Below, piece by piece: positions 25,301-37,631 of a DNA stretch of 64,000 bases. Numbering within the stretch: the stretch's first letter is position 1; each line of letters begins with the position of its first letter. The position numbers were made by a program, and so were the translations under genes. Source of the stretch: Octopus bimaculoides. Its lineage: Eukaryota. Below the pieces are notes generated by a model. The model made no database searches. It saw nothing but the letters and a program-made list of their open reading frames with translations, and was not told the DNA's origin. The stretch lies in NCBI RefSeq assembly GCF_001194135.2, contig NC_068987.1, forward strand, positions 80,237,805 through 80,301,804. Direction: 5' to 3'.

Positions 25301-28300
25301 GGCATGGCAACTCCGGTACATTATGAATATGTTGAAGTAAAGGTGAAGTTTGTGTACTGAAAGAGAGTGAGGTATACAGTTTTAACTTCTTTTCCGCAAG
25401 ATATGCAAATGCACTATACAAGATGACACTTACGTATGATGGCAATTATTATCCGTTATATCTCAAATATTCAGAAATACTGACTGGATTATTCGATAAT
25501 TCTCTAAGCAAACTTGAATAATTAATTTTAATAAATATACCTGGAACAGGTTTTATTTCACTTCTTTTGATGTTATTGCTTTCAAATTTTGGTACAAGGC
25601 TGACACTTCTAGGGGAGGTTGTAAGTCGATTACATCAATCATAATGTTCTGCTGATAATTATTTTATCGATCCCGAATGGACGAAAAGCAAAGTCGATCT
25701 CAATGGAACTTGAACACTGAATGTAAAGACGGGCGAAATGCCGCTAAGCATTTTGTGCGGTGTGCTAACGATTCTATTGTCTCACGAGGAATGAAACAGA
25801 GCCGATGCGCGTGTTTATTGCTGGCATAACGACGCTCCAGAGATACAATATATGTTTCAACACACGAGTTCATATCACGAATCTTTCAAATCAAATACAA
25901 AAGCGAAATTCTTCGGAAAAAATTGATAGATCTTTGGAAGGAAGGTTGGCATCTTAAACAATGAACTTTTGTTCATTTGCTTCTTGATTGAAAACTTAAT
26001 GACAAAGAAAAAATAATTATATTTCAAGGAACCGGCAGTATAAGTTCTAATTATGGAGGACGCGACTAGACAAAGAGTGGATTTATTTAGGAGATGCGAA
26101 TGTCTTAATTTAGAGTTATAGTTGACAGAAAAGTTTGAAATCGTAGATTGTGCATATAAATTTTAAATTTTCTACTTGAGTATATAAAGCTTAAATATTT
26201 GACTCTAAACTTTTCTTTTTAAAGACACTAAATTTGATCGAGTACGTTATTATTTCATGGAAATGCACATGTTATAGAGTAAGGGTTCTTTTTTTTTTGT
26301 AGTTTCAGCTCATAGCTGTGGCCATGCTGGAGCACCACCGTTTTGCTACACTGTTATTACTGAGATCCTCCTCTAATACGTGGCACTTGGTGTAGAATGG
26401 AGTTTGATGTAGCTACCCTCATTTGCACCTCTTGCAGTGAGGTAAGTTCATCTGGGACTCTCGACAAGAAGAGGTCCAGCATTGATTTAAAAATGCCCAC
26501 ATCTACTTTGCGTAGATTCCTCAGGCTCTTTGGGAGAATATTAAAAAGCTGTGGGCCCCTNNNNNNNNNNTTGCGTAGATTCCTCAGGCTCTTTGGGAGA
26601 ATATTAAAAAGCTGTGGGCCCCTGAAACCCAGGCTGTTGCAGTAACTGGTCCAGAAGCGCGATGGCATTGCTAGGATCTTTGGCACTGTACAGGCACTGT
26701 GCAGTGTCGACCCGTTCTGGCATTGGTATAGCTTTCAATGCCAAAATTTGGCACAATTCCTTCCAGGATCTTCCAGATATATATTACTGCATATCTCTCC
26801 CGCCTTCGCTCCAGGGAGCAGAGCCTTAGCTGTTTCAGTCTTTCCCAGTAGCTGAGCTGTTGCAAAGAGACGATCTTCTTTGTGAAACTTCGCTGGAGTG
26901 CTTCAAGGTCCGCTGTTAATTTTACACTGTTGGGTGACCATAGATGGAGCAATAATCCAGGCTGCTGAGGACGAATGTCCTCCAGAGGACCATCATGGTT
27001 TCCTTATCTCTGGTTCTGAATGTTCTCAGGATCAATCCAGCCAGTCGTCTGCATTTTTTCGCCATCCTGATGATGTGCATTTGGAAAAAGGTATCATCAC
27101 TCATGTCGATACCCAGGTCCCTCACTGATTTAGGCTCTGGCATTGTAATTCCATGTGGACCAGTGTACCCTGTAAGTTTCATATTCAGTTTTGGACAGTG
27201 GTAGCGCAAGGCTTGGAATTTTTCAGCATTAAACTGCATATATTTTTATCCTCTTCTTTTTTTAAAAACACTAGATTTGATCGAGTACGTTATTTTTCAT
27301 GGAAATGTACATGTTATAGACTAGTGTCAAGCTCCGTGTAGTGAAAGTTATTCATTTTAAGAAAATTCAGTTAAACTCCACCTGTAGCAATATAGGTGAA
27401 TAGTGAACATTTTTCAGTAAAGAGCACTCGCTTTATAAATTGTCGAGCAAAATTCAAAAGAGGAAATATCTTATAAAACAGCTGGTATTTGAACAAGTGT
27501 GTGTATAACGCACAATGATTTATGAAGATATTATCAAATGACTTAGTGAAGTATTATTTAGTTTCTCAACATCGTTGTTTGTCATATTTGACACCGCTAC
27601 TATAGTGCAGGTGTGAGCAAGAGATAAATGGAGAAAAAAATTCCTTAGCTTTTATAGATACAGAAATAAACGCTAATTAAATATTTATAGAATTCCTGAA
27701 CATTTTAAACAGTTCTTTTAGCTTTGATCTGATTCTTATGCAGAGTGCTCCACTGACCTGTAATATTTAGTGTTTACGCTTTATTTTTACTTTTATTAAT
27801 TCTTTTTAACTTGGGCACAAGGCCAGCAGTTTTGTGGGGTAGGGATAAGTTGATTGCATCAACCCAAGCACAAAACTGGTATTTATTTTAACTAGCTCCG
27901 GAAGGATAAAAAGTAAAGTCGATCTCATCGGTATTTGAACTCCGAATGTAAAGACCCGGAGGAATTGCCATTAAGTATCGTGTTCGGTAATGATTCGGAT
28001 AGGTAGTCGTCCTAATTTTATTTGTAATAAAGTTGGTCTCAGACTTAGGCACAAGGGATTAGTCGATTACACTGACCTCAGCTTTGAGCTGTTACTTCTT
28101 TTGTCGGGTCCGAAAGTATGAAAAGTAAAGTTGACATTTGAACTCAGAACGTAAAGAACCGGAGACAAAGGCCGCTAAGAATTTTGTCGGATGCGGTAAC
28201 GATTCTGCCAGCACAACGCCATAATTTCATTTATAATAATCTTTTCTACTATAAGCACAAGGCCTGAAATTTTGAGGGAGGGGGCCAGTCGATAATAGCG

Positions 28301-30869
28301 ACCCAGTATGCAACTGGTACTAAATTTATCGACCCCGAAAGAATGAAAGGCAAAGTCGACCTCGGCAGAATATGAACTCAGAACGTAATGTCGGGCGAAA
28401 TACCTATTTCTTTACTGCCCACAAGGGGCTACACACAGAGGGGACAAACAAGGACAGACAAACGGATTAAGTCGATTATATCGACCCCATTGCGTAACTG
28501 GTACTTAATTTATCGACCCCGAAAGGATGAAAGGCAAAGTCGACCTCGGCGGAATTTGAACTCAGAACGCAGTAGCAGACGAAATACCGCTAAGCATTTC
28601 GTCCGGTGTGCTAACGATTCTGCTAGCTCGGGCGAAATACCGATAAGCATTTCGTCTGGCGGGATAACGAATTTCCTTTTTAATGATAATATTAAGGCGG
28701 GTGTCAGCGCGCTGGTCAAAATGCTTAGCAGCATTTCGTCCGTCTTTACGTCTCGAGTTCAAATTCCGCTGGCGTCGTCTTTACTTTTCATCTTTTCTGA
28801 GTTGATAAATTAAGTACCAGTTGGGTACTGGGGTCAATGTAATCAACTTACCCATTCTCCCAGAACTTGCTGGCCTTGTACTAAAATTTGAAACCAGTAT
28901 TATTCAAGGCGGTGGGCCGGCGGAATCGTTAGCACGCCGGGTAAAATGCTTAGTTAAATTTCGTCCGTCTTTATGTTCTGAGTTCAAATTCCGCTGAGGG
29001 GTCAATAAAATAAGTACCAGTTGAGGACTGAAGTCGATGTGATCGACATTCCTCCTCCCCTTAAATTGCTAGTTTTGTGCCGAAATTTGAAGCCAATAAT
29101 AATAATATACTTCTTTATTAAACACACCACCAATTTTATTCGCAAGTATATAAAAGTTTTAAACCAAACCCTGTACCCTACTTGTACTGATTTTTCCAGC
29201 TTTGATAGGGGTGAAGCTATGTTGAGTAAGGTGGAATTTAAACTAACTTCAATGGTTACTCATTTGCCTGCTATTGAAGGACCTCCTTTGGTTATGGTTA
29301 ACCATGCACTTGTAGATGNNNNNNNNNNTTTGGTTATGGTTAACCATGCACTTGTAGATGCATGTACAAACCTATGAAAGGTTTTTTGAGGAAAACTAAC
29401 AGTTGCCTTTCTATGAAAATCTCTAAGTCTCTTTTTGCTAAGTGCCTGATGTTTATCAAAAGGAAAGGTTGCTGGTATTGCTCGTTGCAGCTCCGCATCA
29501 GTGTTGCCGCTGCAAACGTTACTGTCAGAACAGCCAGACCAGATACCACAAGACAAATGCTTTTGATAATAGTATGCTTCCACCAATAAGCCACCTCATA
29601 TCATTACTTTTTATTGACACTGAAAAATGAAAGACGAGATATGAATTCAAAGAGCAGAGAATAAAAAAAAATATCACGATGCATTCTATGCAACACTGAC
29701 CACTCTGCCAGTGCGAATCAAATTTTAATTTTATCGCATCGATACGAGACAAAGCTCCTTTGTTGTATTGTAAATTGAATGTTGTCTTATCCTTACTTGT
29801 TTCAGTCATTGAACTGCGGCCATGCTGGAGAACAATCCTGAAAGGTTTCATCGAACAAATCGATCTCTACATATTTTCTAAATTTCGTACTCATTCTGTC
29901 GATATCTTTTGCTGAACCGCTATGTTTCGGCACATAAATAAGGCAACGTCAGTTTTCAAGAGATCGTGCTGGTGGGGGTAAACACAAAGACACTGACACA
30001 CATATACACACGATGAGCTTCCGCACAGTATCCGCCTACCAAATTCACTCACAAGGCATTGGTCGTCCCGGAGTTATAGCAGTAGACGCTTGCCCAAGGT
30101 CCAGCGCAGTGAGATTGGACCCGAAAGTGAGCTTTTTAACCACATAGCGATGCCCACGCCTATTATTAATAGTTTAACGAAGGCTACAAGCTGGCAGAAT
30201 CGTTAGCACACCGGGAGAAATACCTAGCAATATTTCGCCCGTCGCTACATTCTGAGTTCAAATTCTGCCGAAGTCGACGTTGCCTTTCATCCTTTCGGGG
30301 ATCGATTAAATAAGTACTAGTTACGCACTGGGGTTGATGTAATCGATTTAATCCCTTCTGCTTCCAGTAGAAAGGGTTATTAATAGTTTAATTCTTTTAC
30401 ATCAAATTTTTAATTAACTTGAAGATGAAGAACTAATTGTTTTAATAATTAAAGGAAACTTTTGGCTGAGGTTTGATAGCAGCTGTTATTTTTAAGTATT
30501 GTTATACTTTATTTCATTGTAAGATATTTAAACAATTCACAAGGTAAAAAAGAAAATATGTGAATATAAAATTTTACATAAGTTTGATTTAATTTTATGT
30601 TAACGTCATATTCAAATCCCAAATTCCCATAAAATTTCGAGTCGTCTGAATAGCAGTTAAATGTTTCTATATCATTTCTGTAACTCTATAAAATTATTCA
30701 ATTTCAATATATATATATTCGTCTCCTGTTAAAATTCCCATGAGTAATTTTGAATATGAAAGCGGAAAACTAATTTCAAATTTGTCTAAGTTCTTGTTTA
30801 TTATGTTCCATCTCTTACTGCTATCCAAATTCTATCACCCAATGACTTACTCCTATCTTTTTCTTCACA

Positions 30870-30934
<65 letters not shown>

Positions 30935-32851
30935 TTTATAATCTATCTATTCGGTATCAAAAGATAACATCACTCGCTGATGAAGAGTAATATCCGAATC
31001 CTTGCATTTTCCCTTTTTCCTATGATGAGCCAGTTTATTCATTTCTGAACTATTGAACTCACCAATCGCTGATGAAGATCAGCATTAGTTTCTTCCGATA
31101 CTATGTTTCTTAACGAAACAGTTGATTCTACTGAGTCCCCCTTATTTACATCAGTCGCTTCTCTTCGTGAAATATAATACCCATAGATCAAACATTTTCA
31201 AACCTTGTACTGTAAGTCACTTGTGCGTCACTTATAGATCGCTTGTGTATCACGAAAATTTGAAGTAAGTCAATGTTTTTAATGTACCATCTCCTCGCAT
31301 GTGTATTCTTTTGCTGTATGTGCAACGAGTGCACTCGCCTATGCTTTAAAAGCACTTTAATAATTCTTTTAATTCGTATTACTTTTAAAACGCTTATTAT
31401 GTGTCGTAAAACTTTTAGAGCTTTTTTCTGTCAAATTGAAAACTATTTCTCAAGTTATATTTTGAGCATTTTGAAGGTTGTCATGGAGCTGATTACAATA
31501 CGGAGACGATGATGGGTTGGGAACTTCTATTAGCTCAGGTGCAGCAACACAAGCTGAATTTACAAAATATCTGAAAAAGAATTCTGTTTATAGAAAATAG
31601 AAAATATTTAACATAGAGAATGAAGCTGAGAAGTGTTAGTTACCTTCTAAGTAATTCAGCTGATGTGGTATCTGCATGAAGACTCGTAATACTAGTTGCC
31701 TGCGACAGAGGTGTAGCAAGATCTCCTAACTGCGCTGTAATGAAGATAAATAAATAGCTTTCATTGTAATCGTCTCTTGATATTGATATACATGTACACA
31801 CACATATATATATTTAAAAATATCCCGAACAAAGCTTAGCATAAGTGCGTCATTAGTTCATTTCCTGATGAGAGAGGACGGAACTAAGCGAATTGAGATT
31901 TATGATAAACTGTAGTAAGTTTTGTAAAGAAAGCGGTAAGCTCTAAGAAAACTGAATTGTAAAAGTGGTTTCATTCTCCAGTAAAAAAATTAATTATATT
32001 CTTACCCTTACACAATATATATCAATAAGAATACTAAGAACGTTACAACAACCCTTAATATATTTTACTGATTTTTAAACACTGCTCTACGTATCACGTA
32101 GATAATTAACTATATCAACAACGCTGCTTCTCTGATACTTTTTTTAATCGACCACAGATGTAAGAAAAGCAAAGTTGACCTTGATGTTATCCGAAACGAA
32201 AATGCAAAGAGATACAACTAAATACTGTACGATAAAATACAGTCCACCGCTCCACCACGTCTTCCAATCCACCGTCCTTAAATTATATTACGATTATGAA
32301 ATCTATGTATTGGATTTATACATTTCTATAATGTATAATATAATTTTTCATTATATATTATATCATATTATATTATATTGTGTTATATTAATATAATTTT
32401 ATAATTTATAGGATATTTCTGATAGGTGAAAAAGCCAATAATGTAAATTTATTTCTCTATAGCATCTGACCAATTTTCGCCTGAAGATGATATGAGAAAT
32501 CAATATACCAATATTTAGTGTGAATATTACAGGACACCGTAGATTATCAGATAATCACGTTAAGATAGCAACATAGTTTCGATTCCTGGTTGACTCCAGT
32601 TTATTTAAACTCATTTTCATTTATTTTAAGTAGTGAAAGTGTACTGCTCTCCAGTCCTTCATATAGCTCTTAGTTACTAGATATAAGACACTGAGATCAT
32701 ATTGAGACACCGAATTGATGGTGCTAAAATATCAAACAGACAACATAAACATAAACGTGTAAAATCTGTCAGATGTTATCATTGTCCAGCAAATCCAACA
32801 GAACATTTAAGATGCTGGCTGTTACCATTTGTTCTCCTTATGTGTATTTAA

Positions 32852-32917
<66 letters not shown>

Positions 32918-35900
32918 TACAGACAAGAAGATAAAATACCCATTCTTTTTGCTATTTCACGTTTATACAGCGTTCGAAATATTACTTTCTTGTCTACGAT
33001 ACTCATTCAACGTTTCTAAAGACAAAAGTTTGTTTACATATATTGTTGCATATATATGTATATGTGTGAAAGGTAATCTCAATATCTAACTAAACATAGA
33101 TGCCTTGTTAGAACACCGACTTTTGCGTTATTAAGCCTCTAGAGATGCTCTCATATAGGCGCTTGGTACAAAAAACACATACATACATCGTAGCAGAAGA
33201 CGACATTCGTCTCTCGTGAGCGTCTGAATTCCCATATCACGTGATTTAGTCCTATTGGAACTCATCACTGGGAACCACTGGGTGATTGCATGCCAGTCAA
33301 ATCTCGTTGCAACGATATATAGAATTTCAACTTCTTTTCAGACGCTGATGTTGCAAATAGCCAGCAGGCTTGTTAAAAACTAATTCTTAGCGACGGAAGT
33401 TAATAATTTATGTGTGTTTCATGGTATCCAATTTAAATTTGTTAGGAAAATTAGGTTCGCCTCAATATTTCTTATTCACTCAACTCCTCGAAGTATACCT
33501 TGATTAAAAAGAACGTAGTTTTATATTCCAAGTATAGTTTTTTAATAAGATCTCTGCTCACCGAAGATCGAGTCCGTTAATCATATTTCTTTGTACAGCT
33601 ATTTACATTCCCCCATGCCATCTAAATCACATACCATTCAGTGGAAAAAAATTCAAATATCTCGTAAACAACTAAAAATAGAATCAATAATTTATAGAAA
33701 GGAACAGCGTTGATTCCAGGTCGTTTCTTATCAAGCAGGAATATTATAAAAACGTTCCGTTCTATTTTTTAGATAATGCATCAGTTTCTCATTATTATAC
33801 GTGTTATTCCATTTTAATCATAATTTTTATTTTTTTGCTAGTTCTATAAATCGAGTGGCTCCGTAGAGTCTCTCTCGTTGGAACGACATTCTTATAATCA
33901 TTAACGTTAATTTAGACTATAACGATTTTGTGTTAACATAAATGAGTCCGCGTTGTTTGAACAGCGAAGCTAACATAAATTATGTCAGTTGTAGCAGATT
34001 GTTGACTATAATGCATACTTACGTGCACTACCTCTGTTCTGCAGTGAAGATGGCAGCAAATAGTCTTTAATGTCCAAGGTGTGAACGTTGCCAGCACTAA
34101 CACTGCGGTTGACCGGCTGGGAGAAATCCTCTACTATTAAGGTATGTAAATCTGCAAGTATCCATAGGTGAATTACTTTCATGCATGTTTACGTTACATT
34201 AAGAGAAATCAGTCATCCATAACCTGCGATGGTCGGAGGTGCGGCTCCTTCCTCTAAACAATGAAATTAGCTAACCGAAAAAATTTCAGTCTGGTCAAAT
34301 TTTATTAGAGACACTTAGTGAAGATAATATCTTCTCTCTGATACCTTTGTAGACCGATAGATGTCACGTGTGAAACACATTTCTTTAACAGTTTAAACAT
34401 GTATGGATATGGTTAAAATTTTTTCTTCACCAAGAAATTAATTTTGTGTCCTCTCTAATTTATCTTCTCTTCCCGTCTTTCTATATTTACCCAATCTAGA
34501 ATCCTTCACACATATATAACAACTATTTCCACGTCTTATGCGTTTATCACTGTATTTTTCACTACAAATGAATAATGATCCAGTCTGTAGGTTTCCATGT
34601 AACCATGTGTTCCAAGTCTTCCAAATTAATTGTAAAATTAATTTTCAAAAATTAATTTTCAAGTTAATTTTCAAAATGCTTTTTTATCTGGTAATCGGTA
34701 AATCCTTACCCTACGAACCTCGACCGACCGGACAAGGGGATCAACTACGCTGAACTCAAACAATTAAGAGGACCCCTAATCACTCCTATGTTCTTTTTGA
34801 GACGAACAAATTATAATATATATCGCAGATGATCTGCAGGGATACACAACCAAATTGTTTCAATAATTAATTCTCTAGGAGATACTTGATGGTAAAAGTC
34901 ACAACATTCTTTCTTTCAATCATTGAAGCGCTTCCGTTCTAAGATTGGGAATATTATTGTACACAAAGCAGCAACGATTTAAATTTAGCGCTGTATACAA
35001 ACAAAACATACGAAAACGCCAGTCAGCGCTATTAAGTATATTAAACTTCTTCGTGTACTTGGCATTTAAATGATAAAACATCTTCATATTCACACAATGA
35101 GAGGATATGATACGTCAACCGTACGAATTGAACCTCTCTATCAAACACAACACACGATATTCTCCGTTGTTTCATAAATAATGTTAATTCAAGACGGTTT
35201 TCCAAAGAAAGTATATTTCTTTAGATGAGAAACTTTTAATTATAAATATAATAGTTTCTTTCGGAAACGAGATAAAAACTCTTATTTCTATACTTCATTT
35301 CACACAAACAAACTTCTAATGTTTATTCACATCATTGATAATAGTTACCAGGGGCCATGCATGCAAATACAACAACCTCAATGTTCCTGTATGTTTAGTA
35401 AATGACTGTGTTAATGTGAGATCACATAATATTCTGTTCATGTAAAATAATGCTAAAGGCTTTGAATAAAATATGAAAGAAGACGTATTACTAACAATTA
35501 AATTAGGTTGGACTCTGGTGGAAATGAAAATGTAGCAAAGAGTTTTCACGCAATGAATTACATGTATTGCTTTAAAGTATTAGTCTACAGTAAAACTAGT
35601 AGAGTCGAAAATTTCATTAAAACTTCGACATCAAAGATGAAAAAAAAAATGGAGGTTTGACATCTGACTGTTGCGCCAGACGTCTGGAAGAGACAGAATT
35701 GTTTCGTAGAGCAGAATATATTAACTCTTAAATCAATAAACGATACCATATAAATGTACATTGAACAACAGCTAAAACAATGGGATTGTATTGAAAATAT
35801 AAGAAAAGAAGCCAAACATCAGAATACAAATTGAAAAGTCAGCAGTAAATAAATCAGATACAAAAATGAAAGAAATTAACAGCAGAATATATAATTCTTT

Positions 35901-37588
35901 TTTATTTCATGTCATTTTCTGAAATATACAACAATATATCCTAGAAAAAAACAACACAAAAGAAATTATGTCGGTTTCTCACAAGGTACAATACCAGTAT
36001 TTATTTGGAAAGTAGGTAAGCTTATTGATACAGTAAGCACACACACACATGCATATATGTGTTCGTGTGTGGCTTAGTCCAAAATGTATAAGCATTAAGT
36101 AGAATTCCATTTCTTAATGATGCAGCGTGTCATTATTTTCTCCTCCAGGCACAAGGCCCGAAATTTGGGGGGAGGAGGCCAGACGATTTGATCGACCCAG
36201 TACGCAACTGGTACTTAATGTATCAACCCCGAAAGGATGACAACCAAATTCGACCTCGGTGGAATTCGGACTCAGAACGTAAAAATAGATGAAATACCAC
36301 CAAGAATTTCACCCGTGCTAACGTTTCTTATTTCTTTACTGCCCACAAGGGGCTAAACATAGAGGAGACAAACAAGGACAGACAAAGAGATTAAGTCGAT
36401 TACATCGGCCCCAGTGCGTAATTGGTATTTAATTTATCGACCCCGAAAGGATGAAAGGCAAAGTCGACCTCGGCGGAACTTGAACTCAGAACGTAACGGC
36501 ATACGAAATACCGCTAAGCATTTCGCCCGGCGTGCTAACGTTTCTGCCCGCTCGCTGCCCCTGCAACGTGTCATTATTAACACAGGTTTATACTTATATA
36601 TATTGTAGTTTCAGCTCAGAGCTGTGGCCATGCTGGAGCACTGCTGTTTTTCTACACTGTTATTNNNNNNNNNNNNNNNNNNNNNNNNNNNNNNNNNNNN
36701 NNNNNNNNNNNNNNNNNNNNNNNNNNNNNNNNNNNNNNNNNNNNNNNNNNNNNNNNNNNNNNNNNNNNNNNNNNNNNNNNNNNNNNNNNNNNNNNNNNNN
36801 NNNNNNNNNNNNNNNNNNNNNNNNNNNNNNNNNNNNNNNNNNNNNNNNNNNNNNNNNNNNNNNNNNNNNNNNNNNNNNNNNNNNNNNNNNNNNNNNNNNN
36901 NNNNNNNNNNNNNNNNNNNNNNNNNNNNNNNNNNNNNNNNNNNNNNNNNNNNNNNNNNNNNNNNNNNNNNNNNNNNNNNNNNNNNNNNNNNNNNNNNNNN
37001 NNNNNNNNNNNNNNNNNNNNNNNNNNNNNNNNNNNNNNNNNNNNNNNNNNNNNNNNNNNNNNNNNNNNNNNNNNNNNNNNNNNNNNNNNNNNNNNNNNNN
37101 NNNNNNNNNNNNNNNNNNNNNNNNNNNNNNNNNNNNNNNNNNNNNNNNNNNNNNNNNNNNNNNNNNNNNNNNNNNNNNNNNNNNNNNNNNNNNNNNNNNN
37201 NNNNNNNNNNNNNNNNNNNNNNNNNNNNNNNNNNNNNNNNNNNNNNNNNNNNNNNNNNNNNNNNNNNNNNNNNNNNNNNNNNNNNNNNNNNNNNNNNNNN
37301 NNNNNNNNNNNNNNNNNNNNNNNNNNNNNNNNNNNNNNNNNNNNNNNNNNNNNNNNNNNNNNNNNNNNNNNNNNNNNNNNNNNNNNNNNNNNNNNNNNNN
37401 NNNNNNNNNNNNNNNNNNNNNNNNNNNNNNNNNNNNNNNNNNNNNNNNNNNNNNNNNNNNNNNNNNNNNNNNNNNNNNNNNNNNNNNNNNNNNNNNNNNN
37501 NNNNNNNNNNNNNNNNNNNNNNNNNNNNNNNNNNNNNNNNNNNNNNNNNNNNNNNNNNNNNNNNNNNNNNNNNNNNNNNNNNNNNNNN

Positions 37589-37631
<43 letters not shown>

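Noticed and set aside
25434-25461. Possible 28-nt phase 1-to-2 microexon with a GTAAGT donor
   Set aside because: It needs a rare GAG acceptor, and exon 31644-31734 already supplies the phase change with strong sites.
26509-26622. Apparent tandem duplication in the LINE around a 10-N gap (similarly at 29288-29357)
   Set aside because: Identical sequence on both sides of a 10-N gap is typical of unmerged contig overlaps, so it is an assembly artefact.
31022-31134. C/D-box-like TGATGA and CTGA motifs
   Set aside because: Antisense to the host gene, no terminal stem, and poor spacing or C-box match.
33187-33262. Frame encoding SRDMGIQTLTRD (LC8-motif-like) ending at a GTATGT donor
   Set aside because: Weak acceptor, and its phase (2 to 1) does not fit between the flanking exons.
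34045-34141. Plus-strand exon-like segment (TTCTGCAG ... AAG|GTATGT) antisense to exon 34023-34151
   Set aside because: Stops in all three plus frames and no partner exons; explained as coincidence within the real minus-strand exon.
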